Assembly (NCBI GenBank): GCA_965223425.1
Contig: OZ245003.1
Coordinates: forward strand, 864,001 to 928,000
DNA length: 64,000 bases
Reading direction: 5' to 3'
Origin: Nitrosopumilus sp.
GTDB lineage: Archaea > Thermoproteota > Nitrososphaeria > Nitrososphaerales > Nitrosopumilaceae
Shown: in pieces, positions 10,465 through 21,800 of the stretch
Position numbering within the stretch: the first letter of the stretch is position 1
Layout: each line of letters opens with the position of its first letter
Made by a program: the position numbers and the translations under genes
The notes under the pieces: model-generated
Databases searched by the model: none
What the model was told of the DNA's origin: nothing
Seen by the model: only the letters and a program-made list of their open reading frames with translations

Positions 10465-11631
10465 TCACATCTTGATATTCCCAAGCTTTTGTACTGCATC
10501 AAGTATTTCCCATGCACCAAATTCTGCCTCGTTATCCGCCTCGGTGTATCTGCCCACACCAATTCTGATTGATGAGTGGGCCCTCTCCTCCCCATAGCCT
10601 AGTGCCATTATCACGTGTGATGGTTCCACACTCTGGGTAGTACAGGCAGAGCCGGCAGATATGGCAATGCGGTCAGATACAGAATTTATTATTGCTTTGC
10701 CTTCAATTCCCTCAAAGTACAGATTCAGATTTCCAGCCAGTCGATGAACATCATCGCCATTAAGCTGTGCATTGGCCTCATCCAATATTTCAAGCATCTT
10801 GTTTGTCATGTGATTTTGCCGGATATACTCCGAATGCATGGATGTCACGGCAATATCGATTGCCTTGCCAAATCCAACTATTCCTGGAACATTCAGGGTT
10901 CCAGAACGCAGCTGCCTCTCCTGCCCCCCACCATGAATTATTCCGCTCAGTTTCACACGTGGTTTTATTCCTCGGACATACAGCGCCCCTATTCCCTTGG
11001 GTCCATACATCTTGTGTGCAGAAAAGGACATCAGATCAATGTTCATTTTTTTGACATCTATTGGAATGTTCCCTACCGCCTGGGCCGCATCAGTATGAAA
11101 CAGAATCTCCTTTTCATGTGCAATTTTGCCAATATTCTCAATGTCCTGAATTGTTCCAATCTCATTGTTTGCAGCCATTATGGATATCAGTACTGTGTCA
11201 TTTGTAATTGCATCTTCCAAAGAATTCATATCAATCCTCCCAAGATTATCCACAGGAAGATACGTCACTTTTTTACCACATCGCTCCAGATATCGTGCAG
11301 TCTCCAAGACGGCTTCGTGCTCTGTAACACACGTGATTAGATGATTGCCTTTTTCCTTATAGCTATCCATTACCCCACGCAGTGCAAGATTGTTAGATTC
11401 GGTTGCACCACTAGTAAAGATAATCTCATCACTTCCGGCACCTATTCCATCTGCAATTGTACGTCTGGCAGTCTCCACGGCAGCTTGTGCCTCACTTCCA
11501 TGTCTGTGATCAATGCTTGATGCATTTCCAAATTTTTCCATAAAATATGGCTCCATGGCATCAAAGACCCGCGGATCAAGTGGCGTTGTAGCATTGTGAT
11601 CAAGGTATACGATCTGATCCAGCTTTAACAA
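10465..11631 (-). CDS. dndA: Cysteine desulfurase DndA/IscS
   Basis: YLDHNATTP, FTSGATESNN, SAHK PLP lysine, SAGSACT; located inside the dnd operon. Confidence 0.92.
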   Translation of the reverse strand: MLKLDQIVYLDHNATTPLDPRVFDAMEPYFMEKFGNASSIDHRHGSEAQAAVETARRTIADGIGAGSDEIIFTSGATESNNLALRGVMDSYKEKGNHLITCVTEHEAVLETARYLERCGKKVTYLPVDNLGRIDMNSLEDAITNDTVLISIMAANNEIGTIQDIENIGKIAHEKEILFHTDAAQAVGNIPIDVKKMNIDLMSFSAHKMYGPKGIGALYVRGIKPRVKLSGIIHGGGQERQLRSGTLNVPGIVGFGKAIDIAVTSMHSEYIRQNHMTNKMLEILDEANAQLNGDDVHRLAGNLNLYFEGIEGKAIINSVSDRIAISAGSACTTQSVEPSHVIMALGYGEERAHSSIRIGVGRYTEADNEAEFGAWEILDAVQKLGNIKM

Positions 11632-12066
11632 CTAGTGCCTCTCCTGCTCTATTACGTGATAAAAGTCAGAAATATCCTGTATCCTTGCAGACAGCGCAAT
11701 GACTCCTCGATTAAAGTGTGCCCGCAACATCTTGTTGAGATAAAGCTCCGGGTCTAGTCCGTCTTTTTTGAGACGATATATCATAAGCGTCATAAACATG
11801 TCTTCGTATTCTCCAAAAAGCGTAGAGGGGTACATCTCAGAGCCTCTTTCATCAAACTCTTCAGGGTTTGGAGGCGATGGATCCTGCAGTGACAGACAAA
11901 TTGCAAATCTTCCTGCAATGTTTGGCGTCACTCCGGTTTTTCTTTTTACCATTCCAAGATTGTTCTGTGAGCGTAAACTCATATGCAATCGATTAAAACG
12001 CAACAATCTTTTCACCTTTCTTGTTCCAAAAGTATACATCGTGTTTTTTTGTGGCTCCGTCTCCAT
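11632..12066 (-). CDS. dndE: DNA sulfur modification protein DndE (true start probably near 11983-12010)
   Basis: TGVTPNIAGRFAICLSL...TLFGEY...RAHFNRG; follows dndD. Confidence 0.85.
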   Translation of the reverse strand: METEPQKNTMYTFGTRKVKRLLRFNRLHMSLRSQNNLGMVKRKTGVTPNIAGRFAICLSLQDPSPPNPEEFDERGSEMYPSTLFGEYEDMFMTLMIYRLKKDGLDPELYLNKMLRAHFNRGVIALSARIQDISDFYHVIEQERH

Positions 12067-14026
12067 GAATATACTCCATTGCGTACGAGTGTGACATGTA
12101 CGGCTTTAATTTTTCATAGTGTTCATATTCAATCTCCTTGTCAGTTGAAAATATCAGAATCTGATGTGATGCAAATGGAAAGAATTTTTCAACTATATTT
12201 GTCCTGTGGCTTTCATCTAATCTTGCAAGTGGCGTATCTATCATAAACGGCAAGGGCCTGCCAGATGTTTTAGCAAGTGCCCACAGTATGGCAGTTGCAA
12301 ACATTTGTTTTTCACCCTCAGACAGTATGTCTTTTGGGAGCGGATCATTGTTTTTCCTGTATAGTGTGACCTCAAAGGTCTCTGGGTTTATGACGATTTT
12401 TTCGATAAAGTCCTGTTTGTGTAACAAAGTATGCAGAGCATCTAATGTGTATTGTTCCAAAAGATGTATTTTTTTTGCCTTTAGGTTTTCAACAAATTCT
12501 TCTAGTACGGCCTGCATCTTTTGTGTGAGCTCTACACTAGTCTTTGCTTTATCATCACGATACATTTGTGCCACAATCTCACGTATGTTTACATCGATAT
12601 GGCTATTCATTGCCATAGCTGATGATATTTGTTCTTCAATATGGTTCATCTCGGCTCGAAGTTCTCCGACAAATTTGTTTGCCTTGCCAATCTTTGACAT
12701 TAACGGCCCTATTTCATCATCATCTGGTGCACGTGCTATGATTGAATGTAATTCTGAAATTTCCTCAGATAAAATACCAATATTTTCTGCTTCTTTTTTA
12801 AAATTATCTAGCATGATATCTGATGCTTTAACTGTCTGGTGTATCTCAGATGTCTGTTGCTGTGACAATCCAAACATCACCTCTTGACTGCCTGAATCCG
12901 CATCGTCTTTAATTAATTCAGATATTTTCTCTCTAATGTGCTGACGTGTATGTTTTTCCACATCAAACTCACTCCAAAATTCCTCCTTTTGTAGAATGGT
13001 ATCAACCTTGCCTGCTGTTATCTTGAGTATTTTGGCTCTATCCCTGTCACGTTGATTGATAGTGTCATGCATTATTTGTCCACTAACTGCATCAAGTATG
13101 TCAGAAATGAGACAAAATGGAGTAGGACCTGCACACATCTCCTGCATTCTTTTTTTGGTTATCTCGTATGTTTCAGTCTTTACTGTAAGCTGTGTTTTTG
13201 CATCATCACGTTTGTCTGCATATCCACCGCCTAGCTTTGATATCTTTTTCTCCATAGCTTCTATGCCCATTTCATTAGAGTCAAGCTCGTTTTGCTTTTG
13301 TGCTAATCTCTCTTGCAGTCGTCCTACAAGATTCAAATTCTCTTCTTTTTCTGCCTTGAGTTTTTCAAAGCGTTCTTGTAGTGACTTGCCTCCACTTGTA
13401 AGGTGTCTTACAAGATTTACCTGCAAATCTGTTTTAAGCTGCTCTACAAGCTCGATTCCAAGAAGCGATTTAAATGAATCACGTATTGCAAGATCTTCTT
13501 TTCCTTCTTTTGCAATTTTTACTATCTTTTCACCATCAAAAAAGAACAGTTTTACTATTCCTCGTGGAATGAGGTCTTCAACAAATGACTGCCATTGGGA
13601 TTCTTCTACCATGTCTAGCGGTTCAAATTCATCGTCATCAGCATGACGTTTTTTTATTACAAGATTCTCCTCTACGTCATCATTATCATTAGTCCATGTT
13701 CTGGCCACACGATATTCTGTCTCTTTTCTGTTATGAGAGAATTTGAACTGTACTACAATCGATGCATAATCTGCAGATGTGGCGCTGTTTAGATAACGGT
13801 GAACTTTTCTTGCAAGAAACTTGTGATATGTCTTTTGTGTGGTTTTTTTGCCCATAGTAGACATTCCGTAAAGGCACAACATTATGGACTCAAATAAGGT
13901 AGTCTTGCCGGCACCGTTTGTACCCCCAATTAATACCACCGGTTTTTCATCAGTGCAAGAAAAATCAAATTCATTTTTGCCTTTATACACTCCGTAATCT
14001 TGCAATATTACCTTGGTTAAGATCAT
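11993..14026 (-). CDS. dndD: DNA sulfur modification ATPase DndD
   Basis: GGTNGAGKTT, FFFDGEKI, LSEGEKQ, IDTPLARLD. Confidence 0.92.
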   Translation of the reverse strand: MILTKVILQDYGVYKGKNEFDFSCTDEKPVVLIGGTNGAGKTTLFESIMLCLYGMSTMGKKTTQKTYHKFLARKVHRYLNSATSADYASIVVQFKFSHNRKETEYRVARTWTNDNDDVEENLVIKKRHADDDEFEPLDMVEESQWQSFVEDLIPRGIVKLFFFDGEKIVKIAKEGKEDLAIRDSFKSLLGIELVEQLKTDLQVNLVRHLTSGGKSLQERFEKLKAEKEENLNLVGRLQERLAQKQNELDSNEMGIEAMEKKISKLGGGYADKRDDAKTQLTVKTETYEITKKRMQEMCAGPTPFCLISDILDAVSGQIMHDTINQRDRDRAKILKITAGKVDTILQKEEFWSEFDVEKHTRQHIREKISELIKDDADSGSQEVMFGLSQQQTSEIHQTVKASDIMLDNFKKEAENIGILSEEISELHSIIARAPDDDEIGPLMSKIGKANKFVGELRAEMNHIEEQISSAMAMNSHIDVNIREIVAQMYRDDKAKTSVELTQKMQAVLEEFVENLKAKKIHLLEQYTLDALHTLLHKQDFIEKIVINPETFEVTLYRKNNDPLPKDILSEGEKQMFATAILWALAKTSGRPLPFMIDTPLARLDESHRTNIVEKFFPFASHQILIFSTDKEIEYEHYEKLKPYMSHSYAMEYIHGDGATKKHDVYFWNKKGEKIVAF

Positions 14027-15528
14027 CTCTTGCCGTACTCCTTTTCTTTCTGTTTTTTATCCCGAAGGTCTTTGACTACGGCATCAAGATCATCGCGCCA
14101 TTCCTCTGACAATATTTTGTTTATCTTTGGGTAAATCTTTGAATGTCTAGACATGCCCTGTGACTCGTATTCGGCATTTAGCAATTTTGATACCAAAAGT
14201 TGCGGTACGTCATTTTTTGCACAAATTTTCTCCAGTGTATCTTGTTCTATCTTGCCAAATCCAGCAAGATCCTCCTGTCTGTATTCAAGTTTTTCACCTG
14301 TAATGTTTTCAAATATCTGATATGCCGTATTTTTCCAATCACCTCGCTCCATCCTCCATATTCGCTGAATTTCATGCAATTCATCTTCGGTTATAAGATT
14401 CATGTGTGGATCTGGCCCGTTTTGTCGCACTTTGTTTTGCGCCTTTAGCAGTTTTTCTAAAAATTCAATGCAAAATTCCAAAGTATATGGACCCGGAACC
14501 AGTATAGAGTATGGGTCAGACATATCGTCACCTCTAGTTGAATTCATCTTTGATTCCCGCATGTGTTTCTCAAAGCCTGCCCTGACATCATCGCTGATTA
14601 ATTTCATCTGTCCTATTCTCCTTTTGAGGCTCCTGACATGTCTGCGCTTTGCGGGATCCTGTGTTTCCTTGAGATCCTCACGCAGTTCCAGCAGTGGCTC
14701 CATCCAGTCCTCACCGTTTTCAATTGTATTTTGCAGGGATGTGTCCTTGTCTACTACCGTGCATGTCCAACATCCGAATCTACTGTTTCCACATGAAGGC
14801 GTACTGGTGTCTACAACCAACGGACACTCTGATGAGTTGGCGTTTTGATATAGTGACAGCAAATCACGGTTGTTTGCACCCCACGGATTTTTGTTTTGGA
14901 GAAGATAGTTCCACACGTCTTTTGTGATAAAGTCTCGCAGGGGCGTATACACATAGGTCTGGGCAAATTTTGAGTGACGTGATAGTAAGCTGTCTTTTAT
15001 CTCGTACAGGTTCATGAGCTGCTGGCGCGAGCCGCTCTCATCCTTTCTTGTTCCAAGAACGACGATTGCCTCACCATACTGCGATATCTTCTCTTGGATG
15101 AACCTGTCTGCATTTCGTATCTTGAGTCTCTCAGTGCACCATCGAAAGAGGTTGCTTGGAGCGGGAAATCCCTTTCCCAAAAGGCAGACCCAGAAGGTAT
15201 CCTCGACTACGGGCCTTACCAGATTTGTCGATACTGGAAAGTGGGTCTTTTTTGAGGCATTCTCCATCATGTCCAGTGTGCTTGTTATCTGCTCTACAAC
15301 CTTGGGTGATTCCACCAATGTATCTGAGGATATTATGAATATTTTTTTGTGAAGCTTCTCGGCGGGAAGTTCTGATAGTGCATTCCAGATCATCTGCACC
15401 ATGCATGTAGAGTCCTTGCCACCGCTGAATCCCATTATCCAGGGCCTATTGTCCCCTAGGTAAACCTGTCTTATCTCATCATAGATATCGTTTAGCTTGC
15501 GTGTTTTGAAGATGGATTCGGCAGTCAC
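14023..15528 (-). CDS. dndC: Phosphorothioation sulfurtransferase DndC
   Basis: GFSGGKDS PP-loop, RWCTERLKI, SRFGCWTC. Confidence 0.95.
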   Translation of the reverse strand: MTAESIFKTRKLNDIYDEIRQVYLGDNRPWIMGFSGGKDSTCMVQMIWNALSELPAEKLHKKIFIISSDTLVESPKVVEQITSTLDMMENASKKTHFPVSTNLVRPVVEDTFWVCLLGKGFPAPSNLFRWCTERLKIRNADRFIQEKISQYGEAIVVLGTRKDESGSRQQLMNLYEIKDSLLSRHSKFAQTYVYTPLRDFITKDVWNYLLQNKNPWGANNRDLLSLYQNANSSECPLVVDTSTPSCGNSRFGCWTCTVVDKDTSLQNTIENGEDWMEPLLELREDLKETQDPAKRRHVRSLKRRIGQMKLISDDVRAGFEKHMRESKMNSTRGDDMSDPYSILVPGPYTLEFCIEFLEKLLKAQNKVRQNGPDPHMNLITEDELHEIQRIWRMERGDWKNTAYQIFENITGEKLEYRQEDLAGFGKIEQDTLEKICAKNDVPQLLVSKLLNAEYESQGMSRHSKIYPKINKILSEEWRDDLDAVVKDLRDKKQKEKEYGKR

Positions 15529-16631
15529 TTGCGAGCTACCTCGTCTACTGTTTTGTTTATTCCAAGTTGTGAAAGGACTTCATTTGCTGCCCTCTTTATG
15601 CCCAGTCTGTTTTTTAGCATCTTGCCATCCATTACTACCTTATCTTCCCATATGGGGTTGTTCTTTTTCCAATCTATCTTCTGCAAGCCTTTTAGCTTTT
15701 CCTTCCAGTTGGAATTTTGTACAAGTACATGGCCTACTATCCCCAATGCAGTCAGAACATTTGTATGTGCATGAATGTATTGTTCACGTAGATTTTCTGG
15801 TTTTAGTTTATTTTGCATTAAAAGATTCCATTCAGGAATATTCTTTGATACATGATCCCAGTATTCTACTGCTAACTTTTGTTTTTCCTCATCTAATGAT
15901 TTTGTTTTGAGTTTCAAAAAATGTCGTGTGGCTTCTGCAACACCGTTTAATGTAAAAAAGTTACTAGAACGCTTTCCCACGTTTGTACGCTCCATCTCAG
16001 TTCTGTTATAAAATATATCTAAATCCTTTACCATTGTTACAATAAATCGTGCAAAAGTATCTCTGTGGTCATACAACAAACCAAGTGATTTTGTTGGTTT
16101 GACTGCATGCTTGTTCAAATCAGCAAATAATTGCTGACTGCGTTTTAGTCCACGATCCTCAAAGATAACTACAGGAATTCTTTCATTTCTAAGATTAACG
16201 TTTTCCTCATATGCTTTTTTTATTGCAGCACATCTGTGTTGTCCGTCATTGACTAAGATTGCAGCATCAAGTGGTACCGCTAATACTCCTGCCTTTGCGT
16301 CAGAACCCAATCCAGGATATGGGTTGAATTTTAATTTAGAATTAACTGAAACTGTAATGGGGGCAATAACATAATCATCTGGATTAGAAACAATGTAATT
16401 GACTATCTTTGGAATTCTCGGTTCTCTTAGCTTACGTTGTGCTTTTTGTTCTGCAGTAATTTGGGGGTCATTGGGATAAACAAAATATTTGCTAATGGTA
16501 GCAAATGTACACATTGTAACATAATATTCTCTTTTTGCTTGAGTTCCACGAATTACATCAAATGGTACTGCTTCCACATTATCTTGCATAATTATTCTAT
16601 TAGACCCTATATTATAAAGGGTTGTACGCAA
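15525..16631 (-). CDS. dndB: DndB DGQHR-domain regulator
   Basis: NDGQHR, QQLFADLN; directly upstream of dndC. Confidence 0.9.
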   Translation of the reverse strand: MRTTLYNIGSNRIIMQDNVEAVPFDVIRGTQAKREYYVTMCTFATISKYFVYPNDPQITAEQKAQRKLREPRIPKIVNYIVSNPDDYVIAPITVSVNSKLKFNPYPGLGSDAKAGVLAVPLDAAILVNDGQHRCAAIKKAYEENVNLRNERIPVVIFEDRGLKRSQQLFADLNKHAVKPTKSLGLLYDHRDTFARFIVTMVKDLDIFYNRTEMERTNVGKRSSNFFTLNGVAEATRHFLKLKTKSLDEEKQKLAVEYWDHVSKNIPEWNLLMQNKLKPENLREQYIHAHTNVLTALGIVGHVLVQNSNWKEKLKGLQKIDWKKNNPIWEDKVVMDGKMLKNRLGIKRAANEVLSQLGINKTVDEVARK

Positions 16632-16790
16632 GTTATAATTTAGGCACGAATTTTAGCAAAAAACATCATTTTTGGGCAAAAATATCACATAATTTGCACC
16701 ACGACATGAAATTGCATCTGATTTGCAATACACGTCATCGTATTATTTGACATCAATAAAAACAGTTTTTGATCACAAATTTAGTAAGAA

Positions 16791-17003
16791 TCAATTCGAT
16801 TTTCCTCTTTTATCGATATTAATATTGCATTGATCTCTAAGATAATTCCTATACTTTTCATGTGCGTCATGACACTCTCTGCATAATTCTACTTTTGGGG
16901 TTCGGCCCTAGCCGTCAAGATATTCTACGACATGATGCTCTGTCAACTCAACTCCTGTTTTGTTGCACACACCGCACTTTCCTACACGATAGGTTTCATT
17001 CAT
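16791..17003 (-). pseudogene. Small HNH/Zn-finger protein interrupted by in-frame TAG (16908-16910)
   Basis: MNETYRVGKCGVC...EHHV...G*GRTPKVELCRECH... reads through in one frame except for the TAG. Confidence 0.55.
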
Positions 17004-17054
17004 GGCAAACAATACACTTGAGACACGTATTAATGTAAATAAAAAATATTTTGA

Positions 17055-17924
17055 CTAATTTCTAACTTCCAACAATCTCTTCTTCCACTTTAGATATTTT
17101 GGCTCTGGCGGATATCTTGCTGTCTCTTTTATCTTCAATTCCTCTGGAATATGTTCAAGCCAAGACTTTACAATACGCTCTCTTTGGTCACGCAAATATT
17201 CAGATACTGTTATTCCAAGATCAGATTCAAGCATTATGGAGCCTTTCTCAAAGGCAACATCACAAAACCTACACAACAACAATCCATTTGAGGGATTCAT
17301 TGCGTTTTCTGCCTCCTCTATTCTCATTGTGGAATATGGAACAATATGTGCGCCTATCATGTATTCAGGAATTTTAAATCCACAAAAAGCACACTTGCTA
17401 TATTCTTTGAAAAGTTCCTCCCGGAAAGCATTTTGTTTCTGTCTGACATAGACCATAGACATTTCGCCTTTTGAGTGAAAATTTTTCTCTTTTATCTCCT
17501 GACTGACTTTACTGTACACAAACTTGTCAAGTTTTGTCTTGTCAAGACGCCATATCCCCATTCCAGTATTACTCTTCTTTATTACACGCCAGTCAATAAG
17601 TACATCTTTTCTGCGCAATTCTCCAACCACATTTGCTATTGCCTTGTAAAGTTCATTTTTCTCCTTGTCTGATCCATAATCTTCCAACTTGAGATTGAGC
17701 TTCATTGCCACAAATTCGTCAAGCCATGGTTTAGTGTGCCAGATTGGATTGTCTTTTAATTCTTTATGCTTGGGATTATCTAGGATTTTTCTCTTTTCAT
17801 AATTTTCTATCTTGGATATGGACATGCCTATTTCATTGAGGCCCTCCCAGACAAACCTCTCCAAGCCTGTAAACTCGGGATGTTTGGTGTATTTGTGAGG
17901 TTTGTATGGAGGGAGCTTGGACAT
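17055..17924 (-). CDS. HNH endonuclease with helical/wHTH-like N-terminus
   Basis: CAFCG...GAHIVPYS...NPSNGLLLCRFCDVAFEKG. Confidence 0.8.
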   Translation of the reverse strand: MSKLPPYKPHKYTKHPEFTGLERFVWEGLNEIGMSISKIENYEKRKILDNPKHKELKDNPIWHTKPWLDEFVAMKLNLKLEDYGSDKEKNELYKAIANVVGELRRKDVLIDWRVIKKSNTGMGIWRLDKTKLDKFVYSKVSQEIKEKNFHSKGEMSMVYVRQKQNAFREELFKEYSKCAFCGFKIPEYMIGAHIVPYSTMRIEEAENAMNPSNGLLLCRFCDVAFEKGSIMLESDLGITVSEYLRDQRERIVKSWLEHIPEELKIKETARYPPEPKYLKWKKRLLEVRN

Positions 17925-18218
17925 TAGATTCTAGTCTAACAGAATTAACATGGATTGATAAAGTTAATCATAAAACTCTTAAAGGAAATTTTGAATGATG
18001 TGACAGGAATCAAATAATTACATGAACGTCAAATAATTGAGGGTATTTAATATTTCCCTATCTATCCTATCACGAATAGTATTGGTATAGGAATTATTTT
18101 TGTCTTTTCTGGAATTTTAAAGAATTTTACATTTGAGCCCCCTGACACATGGAAAATTTGATGATTAATTTGAGCCCCCTTTGATCATAATTTTTTCAAA
18201 ATAGATTATACATGGGTA

Positions 18219-18240
18219 ACCGGGCTGGTAACAGCCCGGT
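18219..18240. other. Perfect GC-rich hairpin (9-bp stem, GTAA loop)
   Basis: accgggctg-gtaa-cagcccggt in an AT-rich intergenic region. Confidence 0.8.
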
Positions 18241-18375
18241 GTTAGTTCTAGTACAAGGACTTCCGATAGGAAGTCTTTGGAAAAAAGATGTTGAGTTACT
18301 GAAATCAAACTCGTCGAGTTCGTTTTTGTGAGGTAAATGCGAGTTGAAAATTTGAGTGTGGCAGGCGAGACGTAT

Positions 18376-18518
18376 TTCAAAAGTGCATTTAGTGCATTAA
18401 AAAAATGCATTTAGTGCACTTCAAAAAGTGCATTTAGTACATTTAGTACATTAAAAAAATACACTAAGTGCATTTAGTGCACTTCAAAAAGTGCATTTAG
18501 TACATTTAGTGCATTTAT
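18376..18518. repeat. Array of 9-bp GT(G/A)CATTTA repeats with TTCAAAAA linkers
   Basis: About ten near-identical copies immediately upstream of the AbrB-like gene. Confidence 0.85.
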
Positions 18519-18548
18519 GACCTTAAATTATTCTGAGATTGTGTCAAT

Positions 18549-18851
18549 ATGGATTCGGAAAAAATACTTGAACGACAAGTACAACGAAGACAGTGTTCTT
18601 ACGTTTTGACCATACCTCCTTCAGTGATCAAGATTCTAAAGGTCAAAGAAGGTCAAAATGTGAGATTTTATCCTCGTAACGACACAGTGACAATTAAAGC
18701 CGCAAACAAGGAATTGACAAAAAAAGATCTAAGTGACATAGAAAAATTCGAAAAGATCCTTGATAAAATGATGGAAGAAGACGAACCAGAGCAAAAGAAA
18801 CCTGAAAAACATCCAGAGATAAGCGATTTGGAAAAACTACGAATCAAATAA
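18549..18851 (+). CDS. AbrB/MazE/SpoVT-family DNA-binding protein
   Basis: RQVQRR..SYVLTIPPSVIKILKVKEGQNVRF. Confidence 0.75.
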   Translation: MDSEKILERQVQRRQCSYVLTIPPSVIKILKVKEGQNVRFYPRNDTVTIKAANKELTKKDLSDIEKFEKILDKMMEEDEPEQKKPEKHPEISDLEKLRIK

Positions 18852-21800
18852 CTCCTACCTTTACACCTTTTTTTTCTTTATCTTCAAGGGCATCATGGAT
18901 TTCCTGAATCTTGGAATTTTTAGACCATACATGACATTTCTCAAATCCCATGTCTTTCCACTTTATCATGTTGTATCTGACATGCTCCCGATGACTGTTC
19001 ACTTCACTTATTGACTCCAACTCTACGCTGATTGGGATCTGGGAAGCATAGTCATAAACGACCAAGTCAGTCCTGTCCTGACCCTTGCGAATCTTTTGTG
19101 TAGCCATTGTAACGAACATCTCTTTTTTGAGATAGACATCAATTGCGGCCTTTGTTACCTCTTCGATGTCTGCAGCCGATCCTATCTCTGTCACATCATA
19201 GTCAAAATAGTCCTCTCGTGCCTTCTCTGTCAGGGCATATGGAGACATTCGAGTATCGTCTGTTCTTTTTAGAATTTTATCAGAGATCATCTGCTTTAGG
19301 ACGGCAAGCACTTCTGACCTGTTCTGAACCTTTAGCATGTCTACCATGTCTGCCTGCCTCATCTCTCTTTCTCTTAGCATGAGCATAATCTTCCACTCCA
19401 TCTGGGATGGAAACGGCACTGAAATGTTTTGTATCCATTTGCTTTTTTTGGCACTCATCTGCCTTGTGGCCGTATCCTCGACTTTGCCGCTGCCATACTT
19501 TTCTAGCTGACCTAGCACAAACTCGTCATAATCCTCGTCTACGGTAAGCAGGGCAGGCGGCTGATTCAGCCAGAACTGTACGGGTGGCGGCTGCTCCTCT
19601 CCAGGCGGCGCCTTTTCCCGTATGGTCCAATGAAAGTATTCCTGACTGGCAAACTGTTGCATGAGCTCCTTTTGAAACTGTGGATCCCATATCTGTGCAA
19701 TTCTGGCGGCATCCTTGCCGTTCACCTTCCCAATTAGCTGCGTTCCAGAGTTTCCTGTAATTATTCCAAGCTGCTTGTCACTGATCTGCTCAGTAGTCTG
19801 GTGTGATAGAATCAATCCCAGCCCTAAAGACCGCGCCTGCTCCAGCATAAGCTGTAAGACCTGTAAATCCTTGACTATCTGAAACTCGTCTAATGCCAGA
19901 ACAACCTGCGTTCTGTCTTTTTCATCTTGAACCTTGTTTGCCCGCTCTTGTATGGTAAACCACAGTTTCAGAATAAACGCCTGCATGGCAAGCGGCTGTA
20001 CGTGCTGTGGCATGTTAAGCGGGGATATTCGAACTACAGTATACCTTCCTGCCCGTATTATCTCATCAAAGTTTACAGTTCCTTTTCTTACAGAGAACAT
20101 TCTTTTGAGTACCGGGTCAGTAGCAAACTGCTCTATCCTGTTCAGTAGCGGCGTAAAGGCATCGCCCTTGAGCGTGGCAATACTGGTCAGTGCCTGCCTC
20201 ATCTCAGGATCCGGCGTGCCAAATGTCTGAATGATTTGTGGCAGGGCATCGTTTCCCCTGTCTTGTAGCTTTAGAATAATATCGTGAATGTCCAAAAACG
20301 TGGGCGCATCATGCTTCATGTAGATGTAAAACAGCAAGGCCCGAAATATCCTCTCCATCTGCACATATCTTGCAGACTGCTGGTACCATTCTTCTATCGT
20401 CTTCATAAAGTATCCGACATATCGGGATACTGTCTCCTCGCGCTCCTTTGACTGATATGCCGGAAGCTCTAGCGGGTTTATCGAGAATTTAGTCTCTTGC
20501 GGATCCAAAAAGTGTACCCGGCCACCTGATATGGTGTCCGGTTCGCACTGCTTGATGAATTTGTGAGAGTCATCGCCCTTTGGGTCCACATAGACAAACG
20601 CGTTTGCAAACTTGCCGTTGTTGTTCCAGGATTCCAAATGCTTTGCAAACAGCCTGATCAGCGAGGTCTTGCCGGAGCCTGATGCCCCAACCCCATAGAA
20701 GTGGTTTGCAAAGTCAGTAGGGGAGATGACTGCAGCATCAATGTCTTTTGATTTTTCTATATTGCCCCAGATTGACTGCCAGTCAAAGTCTTTTTTGATC
20801 TTGAAGAATCCGATGTTGGCCCCTGCCTTTTGTGATGGCTTTACTGGCAGTGATACGCCTCTGGTGGTTCCTATGTTTGGTGTGGTTGGATTTGGCAGGT
20901 GGATAAACAGCGGTATCTCTGAGAGGTTCAGTATAAGAAATGGTAATGGCCCCCTTTCACGATAGCTAAACAATCCCCTCTCAAAGTATTTGCCAACTGC
21001 TGAATCCAAAAATGGTCTTGGGTCTGGCAGCAATCGGGACTCAAATACCTCCAGCCTGCAATGTTTCTCCTTTCTGCCCTCAATCTTGATTGATGTCTTT
21101 TTGGGATTTTCGTGATTAAACTCGTCATAGTCGTACCGAAACTTTGTTAGGTGCTCATGGCTTGAGTGTATGTTCTCTATGGGCAGCGCCTCTATCTCAT
21201 CAAAGTGCAAGTCAAGATCAGAATCGCTCTTTATCAGACCGCGTATGCTCATCAAAAGATGCGCGCTCTGCATCTTGAGTGTGGCATGTTTTTGCAAACC
21301 TCCATAGTTGTTTGTAAAGTCGTATCCCAGTTCTGGATGCTCGTGTGGTTTTTTGTCCGGGTGCAGCAGAATCTCTGACGTGTTAAGGTAGTTTCCCCGC
21401 TTTATCTCGCGTGCCTTCTCATCCAGTCTTGTTACGTGCTTTCGCAAAAACGCGTTAAAGGAGTAATACCGGAACGTAAACTGTATCCATGCATACTTTG
21501 ATAACTGTATTGTATTTGCAATCTGCGTTATTATCTGGTGGGATTTTGTCTGATCAAATACGGCAGTGTAATGGCCGTGATATGTGCCGACATCAAATAT
21601 CTGATACTGGGATTTTTTGTCAAACCATTCTGGTGATGTACTGGACAGATCAGTAAACGCCGCGTTTGGATACATGTTTGCAAAGGCCTGCTTGAAGTTT
21701 GAGATGTCTTTGGCCTCGCCAACTAGGACAAACTGCAGGCTTTTTTCTGTGCTGTCCCACCACAGCTCAAAGCTCCTGATTCCTGCGTTTACTAGGCCGC

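Noticed and set aside
18376-18518. Repeat array as CRISPR
   Set aside because: 9-bp units with no unique spacers
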